Below are positions 7,723 to 17,605 of a stretch of 64,000 bases of DNA, piece by piece. The DNA lies in contig JAUIEF010000004.1 in the NCBI GenBank assembly GCA_030428785.1, forward strand, positions 6,074-70,073. The letters run 5' to 3'. A program made the translations under genes and the position numbers. The notes under the pieces were generated by a model. That model was not told the origin of the DNA, made no database searches, and saw only the letters and a program-made list of their open reading frames with translations. This stretch comes from a bacterium (lineage in GTDB: Bacteria > Planctomycetota > B15-G4). How positions within the stretch are numbered: position 1 is the stretch's first letter; the number at the start of each line of letters is the position of its first letter.

Positions 7723-9476
7723 GCGGGCGCGGCAACCCGCAGCGGCAGGCGGAGCTCGAAGCGCCCGCCGTCGGCGCACGACCCGTCGAGCGAGAGCTCG
7801 CCGCCGAGCTCGCGCGCCAACGCGCGGGACAGCGCGAGGCCGAGACCGACGCCGGGCGCGACCTCGGGCGCGCGCCGCTCGAACGCGTCGAAGATCGTGC
7901 GACGGGCGCGCGGGTCCACGCCCGGGCCGTGGTCGCGCACGGAGAGCACGAGCTCGTCGGCGCGGACGGCGGCCCCCACCTCGATGCGCCGGTCGTCCGC
8001 GCCGGCGGCGTACTTGGCGGCGTTGTCCACGAGGTTGAAGAGCACCTGCCCCACTGCGGTCCGGTCGGTCTCGAGCGACCGCCCGGCGGCGCCGTCCACG
8101 TCGACCGCGAGCTCCATGCCCGCGTCGGCGGCGCGCCGCTCGAGCGTCGGGCGCACGCCGTCGAGCAACTCGTCGACCGTGCACCGTTCGACCTTCGTGC
8201 GCGAGCGGCCGTCCTCGAGCTGCGCGTAGGACAGCACGTTCTCGACGAGCCGCGCGAGCCGGTCCGACTCGTCGCGCAGCGTGTCGAGGTACTCCTGCCG
8301 GCGCGCGGCGTCGGTGACCATGCCCTCGGCGAGCATCTCGCTGTACATGCGGAAGGTCGTGAGCGGCGTGCGCAGCTCGTGCGTCACGGCGGAGGCGAAC
8401 CGGCTGCGGCGCTCGCCGAGCGCGAGGCTGGCGCGCACGGTGTGCCCGGCGGCGCCGACGGCCATGCCCGCGGCGACCCACACGAGCAGCAGCGCCCAGC
8501 GGACCGGCGTCATGCCCTCCGGCGCGTCGGCGACGGGGAACGACGGCTGCAGCACGGCCGGCACGGCGGCGAGCTCGAGCCCCCCGTCGTCCGGCGACGG
8601 ACCGTCCACCGGGAGGAGCCGCGCGTCGGGGAGCAGGTCGCGCACCTCGCCGAGGAGCTGCTCGCGGAGCACGGGCCAGTCGACCTCGAAGCCCTGGACG
8701 AGCCGCTCGCCGCCCACGTCCACGCGCCGCACGTAGAGCAGGTCCTCCCCGGTCTCCATCCACACGGGGACGAGCGGACCGACGTCCACGACGGGCAGCC
8801 CGGCGAACGGGTCGGGCAGGCCCTCCGGCACGAGCACCTGCGCGTCGTCGAGCACGTTCGACGCGGCCTGCTTCGCCTGCTGCGCGCGCTTGCCGAGCTC
8901 GAGCGTGTCGCGCGCGGGCTCGGGCTCCACGAAGTCCATGCACTCGAGGCGCGCCTCCGAGCGCTCGAGCGCGTCCGAGAGCGTCGCGTGCCCCGTGTGC
9001 CGCGCGAGCTCCTGCAACCGCGCGCCGTGCGTCTCCGCCGTCTCCGGGCCGATGCACGTCTGGAGCGCGAGCACGGCCTGGCTCCCGCGCGGCACCTGCG
9101 GCGAGCGGAACGTCCCGTCGGGCGAGACCTGGAAGTGCAGCGGGAAGACGTCCGACGCGAAGGTGAGCAGCGGCGACGCCGTGAGCACCTCGCGGCTGTC
9201 GAGCGGCTGGAGCATGCGCGTGTACGCGCGCTCCTGCGGGTAGTACGACGAGTACTCGAAGTAGGGCCGCGCCGCCTCGCGCGCGAGGAGCGGCGTGAGC
9301 CGCGAGTCCATGCGCCACAGCGCGAGGCGCAGCTGCTCCTGGCGCGCGGTCTCGGTGCGCGCGTCGAGCTCCGCGCCCTCGAGCCGCAGCACGACGACCG
9401 TCACCCACACGAGCACGACGGTGAGCAGCGCGACGCCCGCGCCGAACCAGCCCTGGAGGCTCCGCGTGCTCCTCAC
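7716..9476 (-). CDS. Sensor histidine kinase (two TM segments, large periplasmic domain, HisKA + HATPase_c)
   Basis: H-box HELRTPLTTF, N-box LFNLVDNAAKY, G-boxes DHGPGV and GVGLGLALS. The GTG start overlaps the regulator stop (GTGA). Confidence 0.9.
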   Translation of the reverse strand: MRSTRSLQGWFGAGVALLTVVLVWVTVVVLRLEGAELDARTETARQEQLRLALWRMDSRLTPLLAREAARPYFEYSSYYPQERAYTRMLQPLDSREVLTASPLLTFASDVFPLHFQVSPDGTFRSPQVPRGSQAVLALQTCIGPETAETHGARLQELARHTGHATLSDALERSEARLECMDFVEPEPARDTLELGKRAQQAKQAASNVLDDAQVLVPEGLPDPFAGLPVVDVGPLVPVWMETGEDLLYVRRVDVGGERLVQGFEVDWPVLREQLLGEVRDLLPDARLLPVDGPSPDDGGLELAAVPAVLQPSFPVADAPEGMTPVRWALLLVWVAAGMAVGAAGHTVRASLALGERRSRFASAVTHELRTPLTTFRMYSEMLAEGMVTDAARRQEYLDTLRDESDRLARLVENVLSYAQLEDGRSRTKVERCTVDELLDGVRPTLERRAADAGMELAVDVDGAAGRSLETDRTAVGQVLFNLVDNAAKYAAGADDRRIEVGAAVRADELVLSVRDHGPGVDPRARRTIFDAFERRAPEVAPGVGLGLALSRALARELGGELSLDGSCADGGRFELRLPLRVAAPAQ

Positions 9477-10177
9477 GTCGACGGCACCTCGACGGCGCCC
9501 AGGCGGTAGCCGGCGCCGCGCACCGTGACGATGAGCGCGGGCTCGTCACGGTCGTCGGCGAGCTTCTCGCGCAGCCGCGCGACGAGCATGTCGACGGTGC
9601 GCGTGTGGAGCCCGCGCGGGTCGAGCCCCCAGACGCGCTCGAGCAGCTCGTCGCGCCCCACCGGCCGGTCGCCGGTGCCCGAGAGGTACGCGAGGAGCTC
9701 CGTCTCCCGCTCCGAGAGGCCGACGGTCGCGCCGTCGGGCAGCGTCGCCCGGCGCGCCGCGAGCTCGACGAGCCGCCCGCCGAGCCGGAACGAGCGCAGG
9801 CCCTTGGGACGCTCCGGCGCGCGACGCAGCACCGCGGCGACGCGGGCCAGGAGCTCCTTGGCGCTGAACGGCTTGACCACGTAGTCGTCGGCACCGTTCG
9901 TCAGGCCGGTCACGCGGTCCTCCTCCGCGCCGCGCGCCGTGACCATGATGATCGGCAGGCCGGGCAGCGTGCGTCGCAGACGGGCGAGCACCTCGAAGCC
10001 GTCGGCGCCGGGGAGCATGACGTCGAGCAGCACGAGGTCGGGCACGGCCTCCTCGACGAGGCGCAGGGCGAGCAGCCCGTCGTCCGCCTCGCGCACCGCG
10101 TGCCCGGCGAAGCCCAGCGCGTCCACGAGCCCGCGCCGGATGGCGGGGTCGTCCTCGACGACGAGCACGTCGGTCAC
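9473..10177 (-). CDS. OmpR/PhoB-family response regulator
   Basis: Receiver domain (VLVVEDD ... LLDVMLPGADG ... KPF) plus a winged-helix C-terminus (VRGAGYRL). GTG start with GGAG about 10 nt upstream. Confidence 0.92.
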   Translation of the reverse strand: MTDVLVVEDDPAIRRGLVDALGFAGHAVREADDGLLALRLVEEAVPDLVLLDVMLPGADGFEVLARLRRTLPGLPIIMVTARGAEEDRVTGLTNGADDYVVKPFSAKELLARVAAVLRRAPERPKGLRSFRLGGRLVELAARRATLPDGATVGLSERETELLAYLSGTGDRPVGRDELLERVWGLDPRGLHTRTVDMLVARLREKLADDRDEPALIVTVRGAGYRLGAVEVPST

Positions 10178-10257
10178 GGTCGGGGCTCCGGGGGCGCGCG
10201 GACGGACGACCGCGCGCGGAGTCGCGCACGGCCGCCCGGATCACGCCGCATCGTACG

Positions 10258-10280
10258 CGGCCGGTCGCGGGGACCGGCCG
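10258..10280 (-). terminator. Stem-loop downstream of the VWA gene
   Basis: Perfect 9-bp stem cggccggtc/gaccggccg with a 5-nt loop, 13 nt past the VWA stop codon. There is no U tract. Confidence 0.35.
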
Positions 10281-10292
10281 TCGGGATCGGGA

Positions 10293-11564
10293 TCAGCACC
10301 CGTCCTCCGCGTCGGCCGCCGCGAGCACGCCGCCCTCGGCGGGCGCGGGCGCGCCGGTCGACGGCACCGCGCCCGGGTCCACGGGCGTCGCGTCGACCGC
10401 CTCGAGCGCCGCCCGCGCGGGGAACACGAAACCGCGCGCCTCGGCCTGCGCGCGGACCGCGTCGCGCAGCACCGTGTCGAAGGCGCGGCCGTCGTCGAGC
10501 GACCGCTCCGCGACGACGCGCGCGATGTGCGCCCGGCGCTTCGCAGAGAGCGCGGCGATGTCCGCCTGCACCGCCGTGCGCGCGGCGGCCTTGCCCGCCA
10601 CGTAGGCCTCGCGCTCCGCCGTCGGCATGCCCTGCATGACCTCGGGCAGGTCGTCGGCCGCGACGTCCGCGAGCACCACGCCCTCCGAGGTGCAGGCGTC
10701 CACGAGGTCCCACGCGCACTGATAGAGCTTGCCGGCCTTCGCGACGGCCCGGTCGGCGAGCGCGGCCGAGTTCATCGACAGGGAGTTGCTGTCCTGGAGC
10801 AGCTGGTTGCTCGCGCCGGCCGCGCCCCCGGCGCCGAACGGGACGTAGGTGTCGTTGAGCGCCGCGTTGAGCCGCGCGAGGTCCGCGTCGAACGGCGTCG
10901 CGACGGCGAGCGTGCCGTGGTCCTTGTCGATCGTCGCGAAGTAGCCGCTCCCCAGCACGGCGACGTCGCGCCACGCGGGCGCCAGCCCGTCCTCCGGGTT
11001 CCCGCAGTAGATCGCGTTCACGTGGAAGCCGTCGGCCTCGGCGCGCCGGCACACGTCGCGGAACGGCCGCTCGGCGTCCTGGTCGGCGGACTCGTTGCCC
11101 GCGACGACGACGATCTTGAGCGCGTCGTCCGCGGACCACTCGAGCTGCCCGGTCGCGTAGTCGACGACGCGGCCGACGTACTCCGTCCCGCCGTTCGTCG
11201 TGAGCGAGAAGAGCTGCGCGGAGATCGCGTCGAGGTCCGACGTGAACGGCACGTCGAGCCGGACCCAGCCGTCCTCGGGGTTGTGGCCGTCGTTGCCGAA
11301 GGTCAGCAGCCCGACGCGCAGGTCGGGCACGGGCTCGGCCCGACCGAGCTCGTTCACGATGGCCCAGAGCTTCTCCTTGGCCGAGTCGATGAGCCCGCTC
11401 ATGGAGCCGCTCGTGTCGAGGCACAGCGCGAGGTCGATGGCGCGCGGCGCGGGGGCGAGGCCGCAGCGGTCGCCGCCGCCGGGCGAGCCGGCGAGCGCGG
11501 GGGTCGGGGGCAGGACGAGGGCGGCGGCGACGAGCGCCGCGCCGAGGATGCGGGGGGTGGTCAT
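10293..11564 (-). CDS. Secreted von Willebrand factor A (VWA) domain protein
   Basis: In-frame ATG at 11564 gives the signal peptide MTTPRILGAALVAAALVLPPTPALA. MIDAS motif DTSGSM with downstream TNGGTE, followed by a helical C-terminal region. Confidence 0.85.
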   Translation of the reverse strand: MTTPRILGAALVAAALVLPPTPALAGSPGGGDRCGLAPAPRAIDLALCLDTSGSMSGLIDSAKEKLWAIVNELGRAEPVPDLRVGLLTFGNDGHNPEDGWVRLDVPFTSDLDAISAQLFSLTTNGGTEYVGRVVDYATGQLEWSADDALKIVVVAGNESADQDAERPFRDVCRRAEADGFHVNAIYCGNPEDGLAPAWRDVAVLGSGYFATIDKDHGTLAVATPFDADLARLNAALNDTYVPFGAGGAAGASNQLLQDSNSLSMNSAALADRAVAKAGKLYQCAWDLVDACTSEGVVLADVAADDLPEVMQGMPTAEREAYVAGKAAARTAVQADIAALSAKRRAHIARVVAERSLDDGRAFDTVLRDAVRAQAEARGFVFPARAALEAVDATPVDPGAVPSTGAPAPAEGGVLAAADAEDGC

Positions 11565-11694
11565 GGTCGGACTCCGTGGGACGGGAGCGCGTTCGCTCCC
11601 ACGCCCCATGAGACGCGAGCGCCGGCTCCACGGCTGTAACGGGCGTGTCACGAGCGCCCGCGGCGCGGCCGCCCGCGTGGCGTAGGATGGCCGC

Positions 11695-12156
11695 GTGAGC
11701 CGCGCGTTCATCAAGGAGCCCGAGACGACCGGACCGCGGTGCCCGACGCCGGCGGGCTGCGGCGGCGCCGGCGTCCCCGTCTCGCGCGTCACCCTGCGGG
11801 CGCGCCTGCTCCCCGAGGCCGCGGCGCGCTTCGCCGACGGCGGCTTCCTGTGCCCCGACCCCGCCTGCGCCGTCGTCTACTTCGACGCGGGACAGGAGCG
11901 CGCCCTGCGCGACGAGCTGCGGGAGCCCGTCCGGCCCAAGCACGTCGGCGCGCCGCTCTGCGCGTGCTTCTCCGTGCCGGAGGAGACCTTCGACGACCTC
12001 GGGACGCGCGGCGACAAGGCGGGCATGCGCGCGTTCCTCGAGCGCGCCGCGTCGCCCGAGGCCCGCTGCGAGACGTGCGCCGCCGACGGCCGGAGCTGCG
12101 TCACCGAGGCACGGCGCGTCTTCCTCCGGGCGCTCGAGCGCGCCGAAGGCGCCTGA
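11695..12156 (+). CDS. Cys-rich hypothetical protein, possible metal/Fe-S binding (CxC...CxxC...C pattern)
   Basis: The ORF has a coding-like composition. Cysteine clusters are CPTPAGC, CPDPAC, CAC and CETCAADGRSC. The functional assignment is tentative. Confidence 0.6.
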   Translation: MSRAFIKEPETTGPRCPTPAGCGGAGVPVSRVTLRARLLPEAAARFADGGFLCPDPACAVVYFDAGQERALRDELREPVRPKHVGAPLCACFSVPEETFDDLGTRGDKAGMRAFLERAASPEARCETCAADGRSCVTEARRVFLRALERAEGA

Positions 12157-12215
12157 TCATGAGGGGCGCCTGATCATCAGGGGCGCCCTGCCGTCAGAGG
12201 CGCCTTGCCGTCGGG
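12148..12215. repeat. Four degenerate 17-bp tandem units, each starting GGCGCC, in a convergent intergenic spacer
   Basis: GGCGCC occurs at 12148, 12165, 12182 and 12199. Units 1 and 2 are ggcgcctgatcat(g/c)agg; units 3 and 4 are ggcgcc(c/t)tgccgtc. The spacer contains the palindrome cctgatcatcagg (12169-12181). Confidence 0.6.
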
Positions 12216-12228
12216 GGCCCCGTCCTCG

Positions 12229-12747
12229 TCAGTTCCGCGACGGGTAGGTGCCCACGAGCGCGATGCAGTAGTTCAGGACGAGGCACGGCTGCATGTTGTC
12301 GTGCGCCGCCCCGCCGCCCGCGCCCTCGATCATCCCGGCGTTCATCGTGCCGTCCGAGTCGTTCTTGTAGTTGTCGGTGGGGTTCGTGCGCGACCGGGCC
12401 GGGAAGCGGTCGCGCGGGTCGTTGCTGTCGCCGCGCTCGTCGCTGCACTTCACGGTGTGCGAGTGCTTGGGCATCTGGTCGGTGGTGAGGGACACGGTCT
12501 CCGCGCCGGCCTTCGCCCCGAGCTTGCGGTCGGTCAGGCCGGGGCCCTTGCCGAAGTGCACCGGCGCGCGGCCGCGCAGGTCCGGCAGCGCGAAGGTCTT
12601 CTTGCCGTCGCCTCCGTACGTCGCCCCGATGAGCGAGAACAGCGCCGAGTTGGTCTGGATCTCGAGCAGCTGCCCGTTGCAGAAGGCCCAACCGCGGGGC
12701 GCGAAGTTGCCGGCGAAGAGCATGATCTGACCGATGAACGGATCCAT
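12229..12747 (-). CDS. Phage tail collar domain protein (MdpB / microcystin-dependent-protein family)
   Basis: In-frame ATG at 12747. The N-terminus MDPFIGQIMLFAGNFAPRGWAFCNGQLLEIQTNSALFSLIGATYGGDGKKTFALPDLRGR is the canonical collar motif. Confidence 0.88.
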   Translation of the reverse strand: MDPFIGQIMLFAGNFAPRGWAFCNGQLLEIQTNSALFSLIGATYGGDGKKTFALPDLRGRAPVHFGKGPGLTDRKLGAKAGAETVSLTTDQMPKHSHTVKCSDERGDSNDPRDRFPARSRTNPTDNYKNDSDGTMNAGMIEGAGGGAAHDNMQPCLVLNYCIALVGTYPSRN

Positions 12748-12800
12748 GGGGACTCCGGGGACTGGAGGGAGCGGCCGCGCGCGCGACCGTGGACTGAGGA

Positions 12801-13721
12801 TCAGGTCGCGGGGACGACGCTCCGCGGCGACGGGTGGCGTCCGGCGAGGACGGAGAGCGTGCCGTCCGGCATGCGGTCGACGCGCACGGGCGAGACGGGC
12901 GCCCCGCCCGCGTCCACCGGGCGGAAGCGACCGACGAAGCGCCCGCCCTCGTCGAACACGTGCACGCGGTCGGCCGTCGCGTCGGCGATGAACATCCGGC
13001 CGCGACCGCCCGCGGAGATCGAACCGGGCCGGAGCATGCGACCGCGCTTCGTGCCGAAGCCGCCGTAGCGGAACGCGGGCGCGCCGTCGGCGGCGAACAC
13101 CTGCACCGACGCGTCCCCGGTCTCGAGCACGTGGAGCCGCCCCTCGCGGTCGAAGGCCAGCCCGCTCGGCGCGTTGAGCACGCCGCGCCCGTCGCCCTTG
13201 CCGTCGGCGCCGTCGCCGAACACCTGCACGAGCCGACCCTCGAGGTCGAAGGCCACGACGCGGTGGTGCAGCGTGTCGCACACGAGGAGCCGCCCGTCGT
13301 GCAGGACGAGGTCGCGCGGCAGGAAGAGCCCGCCGGCGAGCACGGTGCGGTGCGCCCCGTCCGGCTCGAAGGCCTGGATGCGGCCGTTGCCGCGGTCGAG
13401 GACGTAGAGCGTCCCGTCCGTGCCCACCGCGGCGTCGACCGGGTGGTTGAGCTCGTCGGTCTCCTCGCCCAGCTCGGCGAAGGCGCCCGCCGGACGCTCG
13501 CGGTCGTCGAGGCGGATCACCCGGTGGCGCTCCGCGTCGAGCACCCAGGTCGCGCCCTCCTCGTCGAGCACGAGGTGCTCGCGCACGACGACGTAGGGAC
13601 CGGGATCGAAGTCCTCCTCCCCGCGCCGATCCCCGCCGAGGGCCGAGCACCCGGGCAGCGGCGTGAGCCACGTGAGCGCGGCCGCGCCGCTCGTCACCTC
13701 GAGGAACCTGCGTCGATCCAT
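12801..13721 (-). CDS. NHL-repeat beta-propeller protein with twin-arginine signal
   Basis: In-frame ATG at 13721 gives MDRRRFLEVTSGAAAL. It has repeated NHL-like units (LNHPVDAAVGTDGTLYVLDRGNGRIQAF, PRDLVLHDGRLLVCDTLHHRVVAF, LNAPSGLAFDREGRLHVLETG). Confidence 0.85.
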   Translation of the reverse strand: MDRRRFLEVTSGAAALTWLTPLPGCSALGGDRRGEEDFDPGPYVVVREHLVLDEEGATWVLDAERHRVIRLDDRERPAGAFAELGEETDELNHPVDAAVGTDGTLYVLDRGNGRIQAFEPDGAHRTVLAGGLFLPRDLVLHDGRLLVCDTLHHRVVAFDLEGRLVQVFGDGADGKGDGRGVLNAPSGLAFDREGRLHVLETGDASVQVFAADGAPAFRYGGFGTKRGRMLRPGSISAGGRGRMFIADATADRVHVFDEGGRFVGRFRPVDAGGAPVSPVRVDRMPDGTLSVLAGRHPSPRSVVPAT

Positions 13722-13909
13722 GGGAGCGTCTCCGTCGTCTGGGCCTCGTTCGCGACCTCCAGCAGGAGCGCGCGCCGGGGCGAACAGGAGTCCCGGAGAG
13801 CGAGGTCGCGCGGCGTCGGATCGACGCGCGGCGGCGTCGGGATCGTCACTCGGATCGCGCGCACCCATCCGTAGGATCGCGCCGAACCGTCCCCCTCCGG
13901 AAACGATCC

Positions 13910-16318
13910 GTGCGCGCACTCCGACTCGCCCGATTCGCCTGCCTCCTTTTCCTCACGCCCGCCCTGCTCGCCGACGTCGACGTCGAGCTCCCGGACCGCG
14001 CGACCGTGAAGGGCACGCTCATGCCCGACGGCGAGGTCGACGTGTTCCGGTTCCGCGCCGTCGCCGGCAGCGAGCTGACCCTCACCGTCTCGTCGAAGAA
14101 GAAGGCGCCGCTCGACCTCGCGCCGGTCGTCACGGACCCGGGACGCGTGCCGCTGGACCTCGCGGACGCGAAGGTGTTCGTCGACCAGGACCGCAAGGTG
14201 CGCGTCACGGCGCTCCCGCTGCCGACCACCGGCGAGTACACGCTGGCGGTCGCCGCGACCGGCATCGGCGAGTACACGCTCAAGCTCAAGGTGCGCCCGC
14301 CGCGCAGCGCGTCGGCGAGCGAGAGCGTCCCGGCCGACGGCTCCGTCCTGGTGCCGTTCGCCGCGCCCGCGAACGCGACGCTCACGCTCAAGGCGCGCGC
14401 GTCGAAGGGCAGCGACGCGGTGCCGCGCTTCGGCGCGTTCGGCGAGGACGACCTCTCGACGGAGGGCAAGCTCAAGCCGACCTCCCACGTCGTCAAGACG
14501 ACGGCCGGCGAGGGCGGCGACCTCGAGGTCGAGGTGACGAACGACGGCACGGACGCCGACACGATCGAGGTCTCCGTGAAGATCAAGGCCGCGAAGTCGA
14601 AGCCCGCCAAGCTCGACGTGCGCGGCGCGACGCTCGGCGAGCCGGGCGGCGGCGAGACCTTCGTCGGCGCGTTCGTCGACGGCGCCGCGGGCGGCACGGT
14701 GACCGTCGACGACGAGGAGAGCGGCGTGGAGGGCGCCGCGGCGACGGTGCCGGCCGGCGCCTTCGACGGCACGGTGCTCCTCGCGCTGGGGTCGGCGCCC
14801 GCCGAGACCGTCGCGACGACGGGCCTGCAGGCGGCGGGCCCGACGCTCTCCGTCGGCCCCGCGGGCGCGTCGTTCTCGGCGCCCGTGACGGTCACCGTCC
14901 CCTTCGACGCATCCCGGCTCCCGGTCGGCGCCGACGCCGACGACGTCGTCGTCCAGCACACGAGCGGCGCGACGGGCACCGAGACCCTCACGCCGGTCGC
15001 CGTCGACGCCGTGTCGAACACGGTCTCCGTGCAGGTCACGGGCTTCTCGACGTTCACGCCCGTCGTCCCCGAGGGCTCGCCCTCGCTCGACGGCCGCAGC
15101 TACTGGTTCTTCGGACACGACGTCGACGTCATCCGCGAGATGTCCGGGCCCTCGACGTACCGCGAGTTCTTCCGGGACTCGGGGAGCGTGTCCTTCACCG
15201 GCGTCGGCGCGGGGACGTTCTCGTTCTCGGGCACGGAGCTCACGGCCTTCTTCGGTCACGACCCGGACACGGGGCTCGGCGTCGTGTCGACCGAGACGGG
15301 CCCGCTCACGGAGGGCGGCGGCGGCGGGACGTGGGCGTACGAGCCCGACGGGCGCCGGATCACGATCGAGGTCGGGCCGGGTGACACGGAGACCTACTTC
15401 GTCGCGGCCGACGGCTCGATGCTCGTGCCCGAGGTCGTTCGCGGCGACGAGACGACGACGCGGTCCGCGCTCTTCGTGGAGAAGGCCGACACGGCGCCGT
15501 CCCCCGCGGCGCTCGCCGGCACGTACCACGTCTTCGACCACCGCTTCGAGGCCGTCCAGACCGGCAGCACCCTCGAGATGGCCGGCGCCAACTCCGTCGG
15601 CACCTTCACCGTGAAGGCCGACGGCTCGTGCTCCGTCTCCCTCACCGAGCGCGAGTCGCGCTTCGAGCCCGGCGGGAGCGGCGCCTTCGACCGCTCCGTC
15701 GGCAAGGGCAACATCCCGGGCACCTGGAGCGTGCAGGGCGACGGCAGCCTGCTCGTGAGCCTCGACGGCGAGACGGAGCGCTTCTTCCCGAGCGCCGACG
15801 GGACGGTGATCCTCGGGGCGACGGCCGACACCGCGCCGCGCCCGGGCGAGGGGCTCTTCTCGCAGGTCGTGCTCGTGCGTCGCGGGTCGGGCATGGGGCC
15901 GGGCTCGCTGGGCGGCGACTACGCGTTCGTCGGGCACGAGCTCGAGTACCTGCCGTGGCTCGACGGCGGGCCGGTCGTGCCGGACTTCGAGACGGTGAAC
16001 ATCGAGGACGTCGTGGCCCTCGACGGGTCGACGTCGCTGACCTCCACCGCGCCCTACGAGCGCATCGTGCGCCGGGACGACCAGGCGCTCGGCGGCGTCG
16101 ACGTCGAGCAGCTCGGGGAGGACTTCCTCCCCCCGACCTTCTCCCTGAGCAAGAACGGCCGCTTCACGGTCTCCGCGCCGGGCGAGCCCGGCGGTCTCGA
16201 CGGCGCCGCGCACCCGGCGGGCACCTTCGTGCTCGGCGTGCAGAGCCCCAAGACGCCCGAGGACTTCTTCGCGACCTACATGCTCCTGCGGCTCCCGCCG
16301 GACGCGACGCGGCCGTAG
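13910..16318 (+). CDS. Secreted hypothetical protein with two N-terminal PPC (pre-peptidase C-terminal)-like domains
   Basis: GTG start and signal peptide MRALRLARFACLLFLTPALLA. It has DVFRF...GEYTLAV...GEYTLKLKV-type beta-sandwich signatures. The remaining roughly 550 aa are not recognised. Confidence 0.75.
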   Translation: MRALRLARFACLLFLTPALLADVDVELPDRATVKGTLMPDGEVDVFRFRAVAGSELTLTVSSKKKAPLDLAPVVTDPGRVPLDLADAKVFVDQDRKVRVTALPLPTTGEYTLAVAATGIGEYTLKLKVRPPRSASASESVPADGSVLVPFAAPANATLTLKARASKGSDAVPRFGAFGEDDLSTEGKLKPTSHVVKTTAGEGGDLEVEVTNDGTDADTIEVSVKIKAAKSKPAKLDVRGATLGEPGGGETFVGAFVDGAAGGTVTVDDEESGVEGAAATVPAGAFDGTVLLALGSAPAETVATTGLQAAGPTLSVGPAGASFSAPVTVTVPFDASRLPVGADADDVVVQHTSGATGTETLTPVAVDAVSNTVSVQVTGFSTFTPVVPEGSPSLDGRSYWFFGHDVDVIREMSGPSTYREFFRDSGSVSFTGVGAGTFSFSGTELTAFFGHDPDTGLGVVSTETGPLTEGGGGGTWAYEPDGRRITIEVGPGDTETYFVAADGSMLVPEVVRGDETTTRSALFVEKADTAPSPAALAGTYHVFDHRFEAVQTGSTLEMAGANSVGTFTVKADGSCSVSLTERESRFEPGGSGAFDRSVGKGNIPGTWSVQGDGSLLVSLDGETERFFPSADGTVILGATADTAPRPGEGLFSQVVLVRRGSGMGPGSLGGDYAFVGHELEYLPWLDGGPVVPDFETVNIEDVVALDGSTSLTSTAPYERIVRRDDQALGGVDVEQLGEDFLPPTFSLSKNGRFTVSAPGEPGGLDGAAHPAGTFVLGVQSPKTPEDFFATYMLLRLPPDATRP

Positions 16319-16435
16319 CGGGCGACGTCACGCCCGCGCCCCGACCCGCGCGGCCCCGTGGACGGTAGGCTGGACGCTCGTCGCGCGGCGGTCGCCCCCG
16401 CGCGCCCACCGCCGCCACCCGACGGAGCTCCCCCG

Positions 16436-17161
16436 ATGCCGCGCCTCCACGCCCTGCTCGTCGCCGTCCTCGCCGCGTCCCTCGCCGGCTGCTTCATGTC
16501 GGTCTCGCTCGAGGGCTCCGGCTTCCTCGTCACGCAGGAGGAGCCGCTCGCCGGCTTCGACCGCGTCGAGGCGAGCCACGCCTTCGACGTGGACGTCGTG
16601 CAGGGCGCCGCGTTCTCGGTGATCGTCGAGACGGACGACAACGTCGTCGAGCACCTCGACGTGCGTGTCGAGGGCGACACGCTCGTGCTCGGGCTGAAGC
16701 GCGGCTCGTACAGCCTGCGCGACGTGACGCTGCGCGCGGACGTCACGCTGCCGGCGCTCACGGGCATCGAGCTGAGCGGCGCGAGCCGCGCGCACCTCAC
16801 GGACATCGACACGCCGGATCGCTTCCGCGCGTCGTGCTCGGGCGCGAGCTCGCTCGACGGGCGGCTCCGCGCGGGCGACGCGGAGTTCGGGCTCTCCGGC
16901 GCGAGCCGCGTCGAGCTCACCGGCGGCTGCGACACGCTCGACCTCGGCCTGTCCGGCGCGAGCAACGCGCAGCTCCTCGGCTTCACGGCGCGCGAGGCGG
17001 ACGTCTCGGCGAGCGGCGCGAGCCAGGTGCGCCTCCACGCGACGGACGGCCTCACCGTGAACGCGAGCGGCGCCTCGCACGTGACCTACGCCGGCGACCC
17101 GAAGCTCCGCGGCGTGCAGACCTCGGGCGTGTCCTCGCTGAGCTCCACGTCGGTCAGGTAG
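16436..17161 (+). CDS. DUF2807 (GIN / putative adhesin head) family lipoprotein
   Basis: ATG at 16436 with GGAG 9 nt upstream. Lipobox LAGC. Repeated xSGASxxxL units, ending in the family-typical GASHVTYAGDP. Confidence 0.85.
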   Translation: MPRLHALLVAVLAASLAGCFMSVSLEGSGFLVTQEEPLAGFDRVEASHAFDVDVVQGAAFSVIVETDDNVVEHLDVRVEGDTLVLGLKRGSYSLRDVTLRADVTLPALTGIELSGASRAHLTDIDTPDRFRASCSGASSLDGRLRAGDAEFGLSGASRVELTGGCDTLDLGLSGASNAQLLGFTAREADVSASGASQVRLHATDGLTVNASGASHVTYAGDPKLRGVQTSGVSSLSSTSVR

Positions 17162-17206
17162 GCGAAGGGACGCCGCGCCGGGGTCGCCGCGCGACGGACG
17201 CGACGG

Positions 17207-17605
17207 CTACTGCCAGGTGATCGGCGGCGGCGCCTCGCCGCCGAGCCAGCGGCACACGAAGCTGCGGAAGGTCGTGATGCGGCCGCCCTTCATGGTGAAG
17301 ACGTTCACCCAGCGGTGCTTGAAGGGCTCGCCCGTCTCCTTGAGCTTGCCCTCGGCCTCGCCGAGCACGACGACCTTGTCGCCGGCGTCGATGAACTCGC
17401 GCGGCGCGTGGAAGTGCAGGCTCACGAGCTCGTTCGTGCGCGCGAGCATCTCGCGCACGCCGTCGACGCCCTGATAGGCGCCCGAGCGTCCGGCCGCGCC
17501 CTGGACGACCCACGTGACCTCGTCGTCGCAGAGCGCGAGGAGGGCCTCCATGTCGCCGCTGCCGACCTCCTGGTAGGCCTTCCTGATCACGTCGAGGTTC
17601 GTCAC
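17207..17605 (-). CDS. SnoaL-like / NTF2-fold protein
   Basis: 132 aa. N-terminus NLDVIRKAYQEVGSGDMEALLALCDDEVTW and C-terminus VNVFTMKGGRITTFRSF are typical of the ketosteroid-isomerase-like fold. Confidence 0.8.
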   Translation of the reverse strand: MTNLDVIRKAYQEVGSGDMEALLALCDDEVTWVVQGAAGRSGAYQGVDGVREMLARTNELVSLHFHAPREFIDAGDKVVVLGEAEGKLKETGEPFKHRWVNVFTMKGGRITTFRSFVCRWLGGEAPPPITWQ

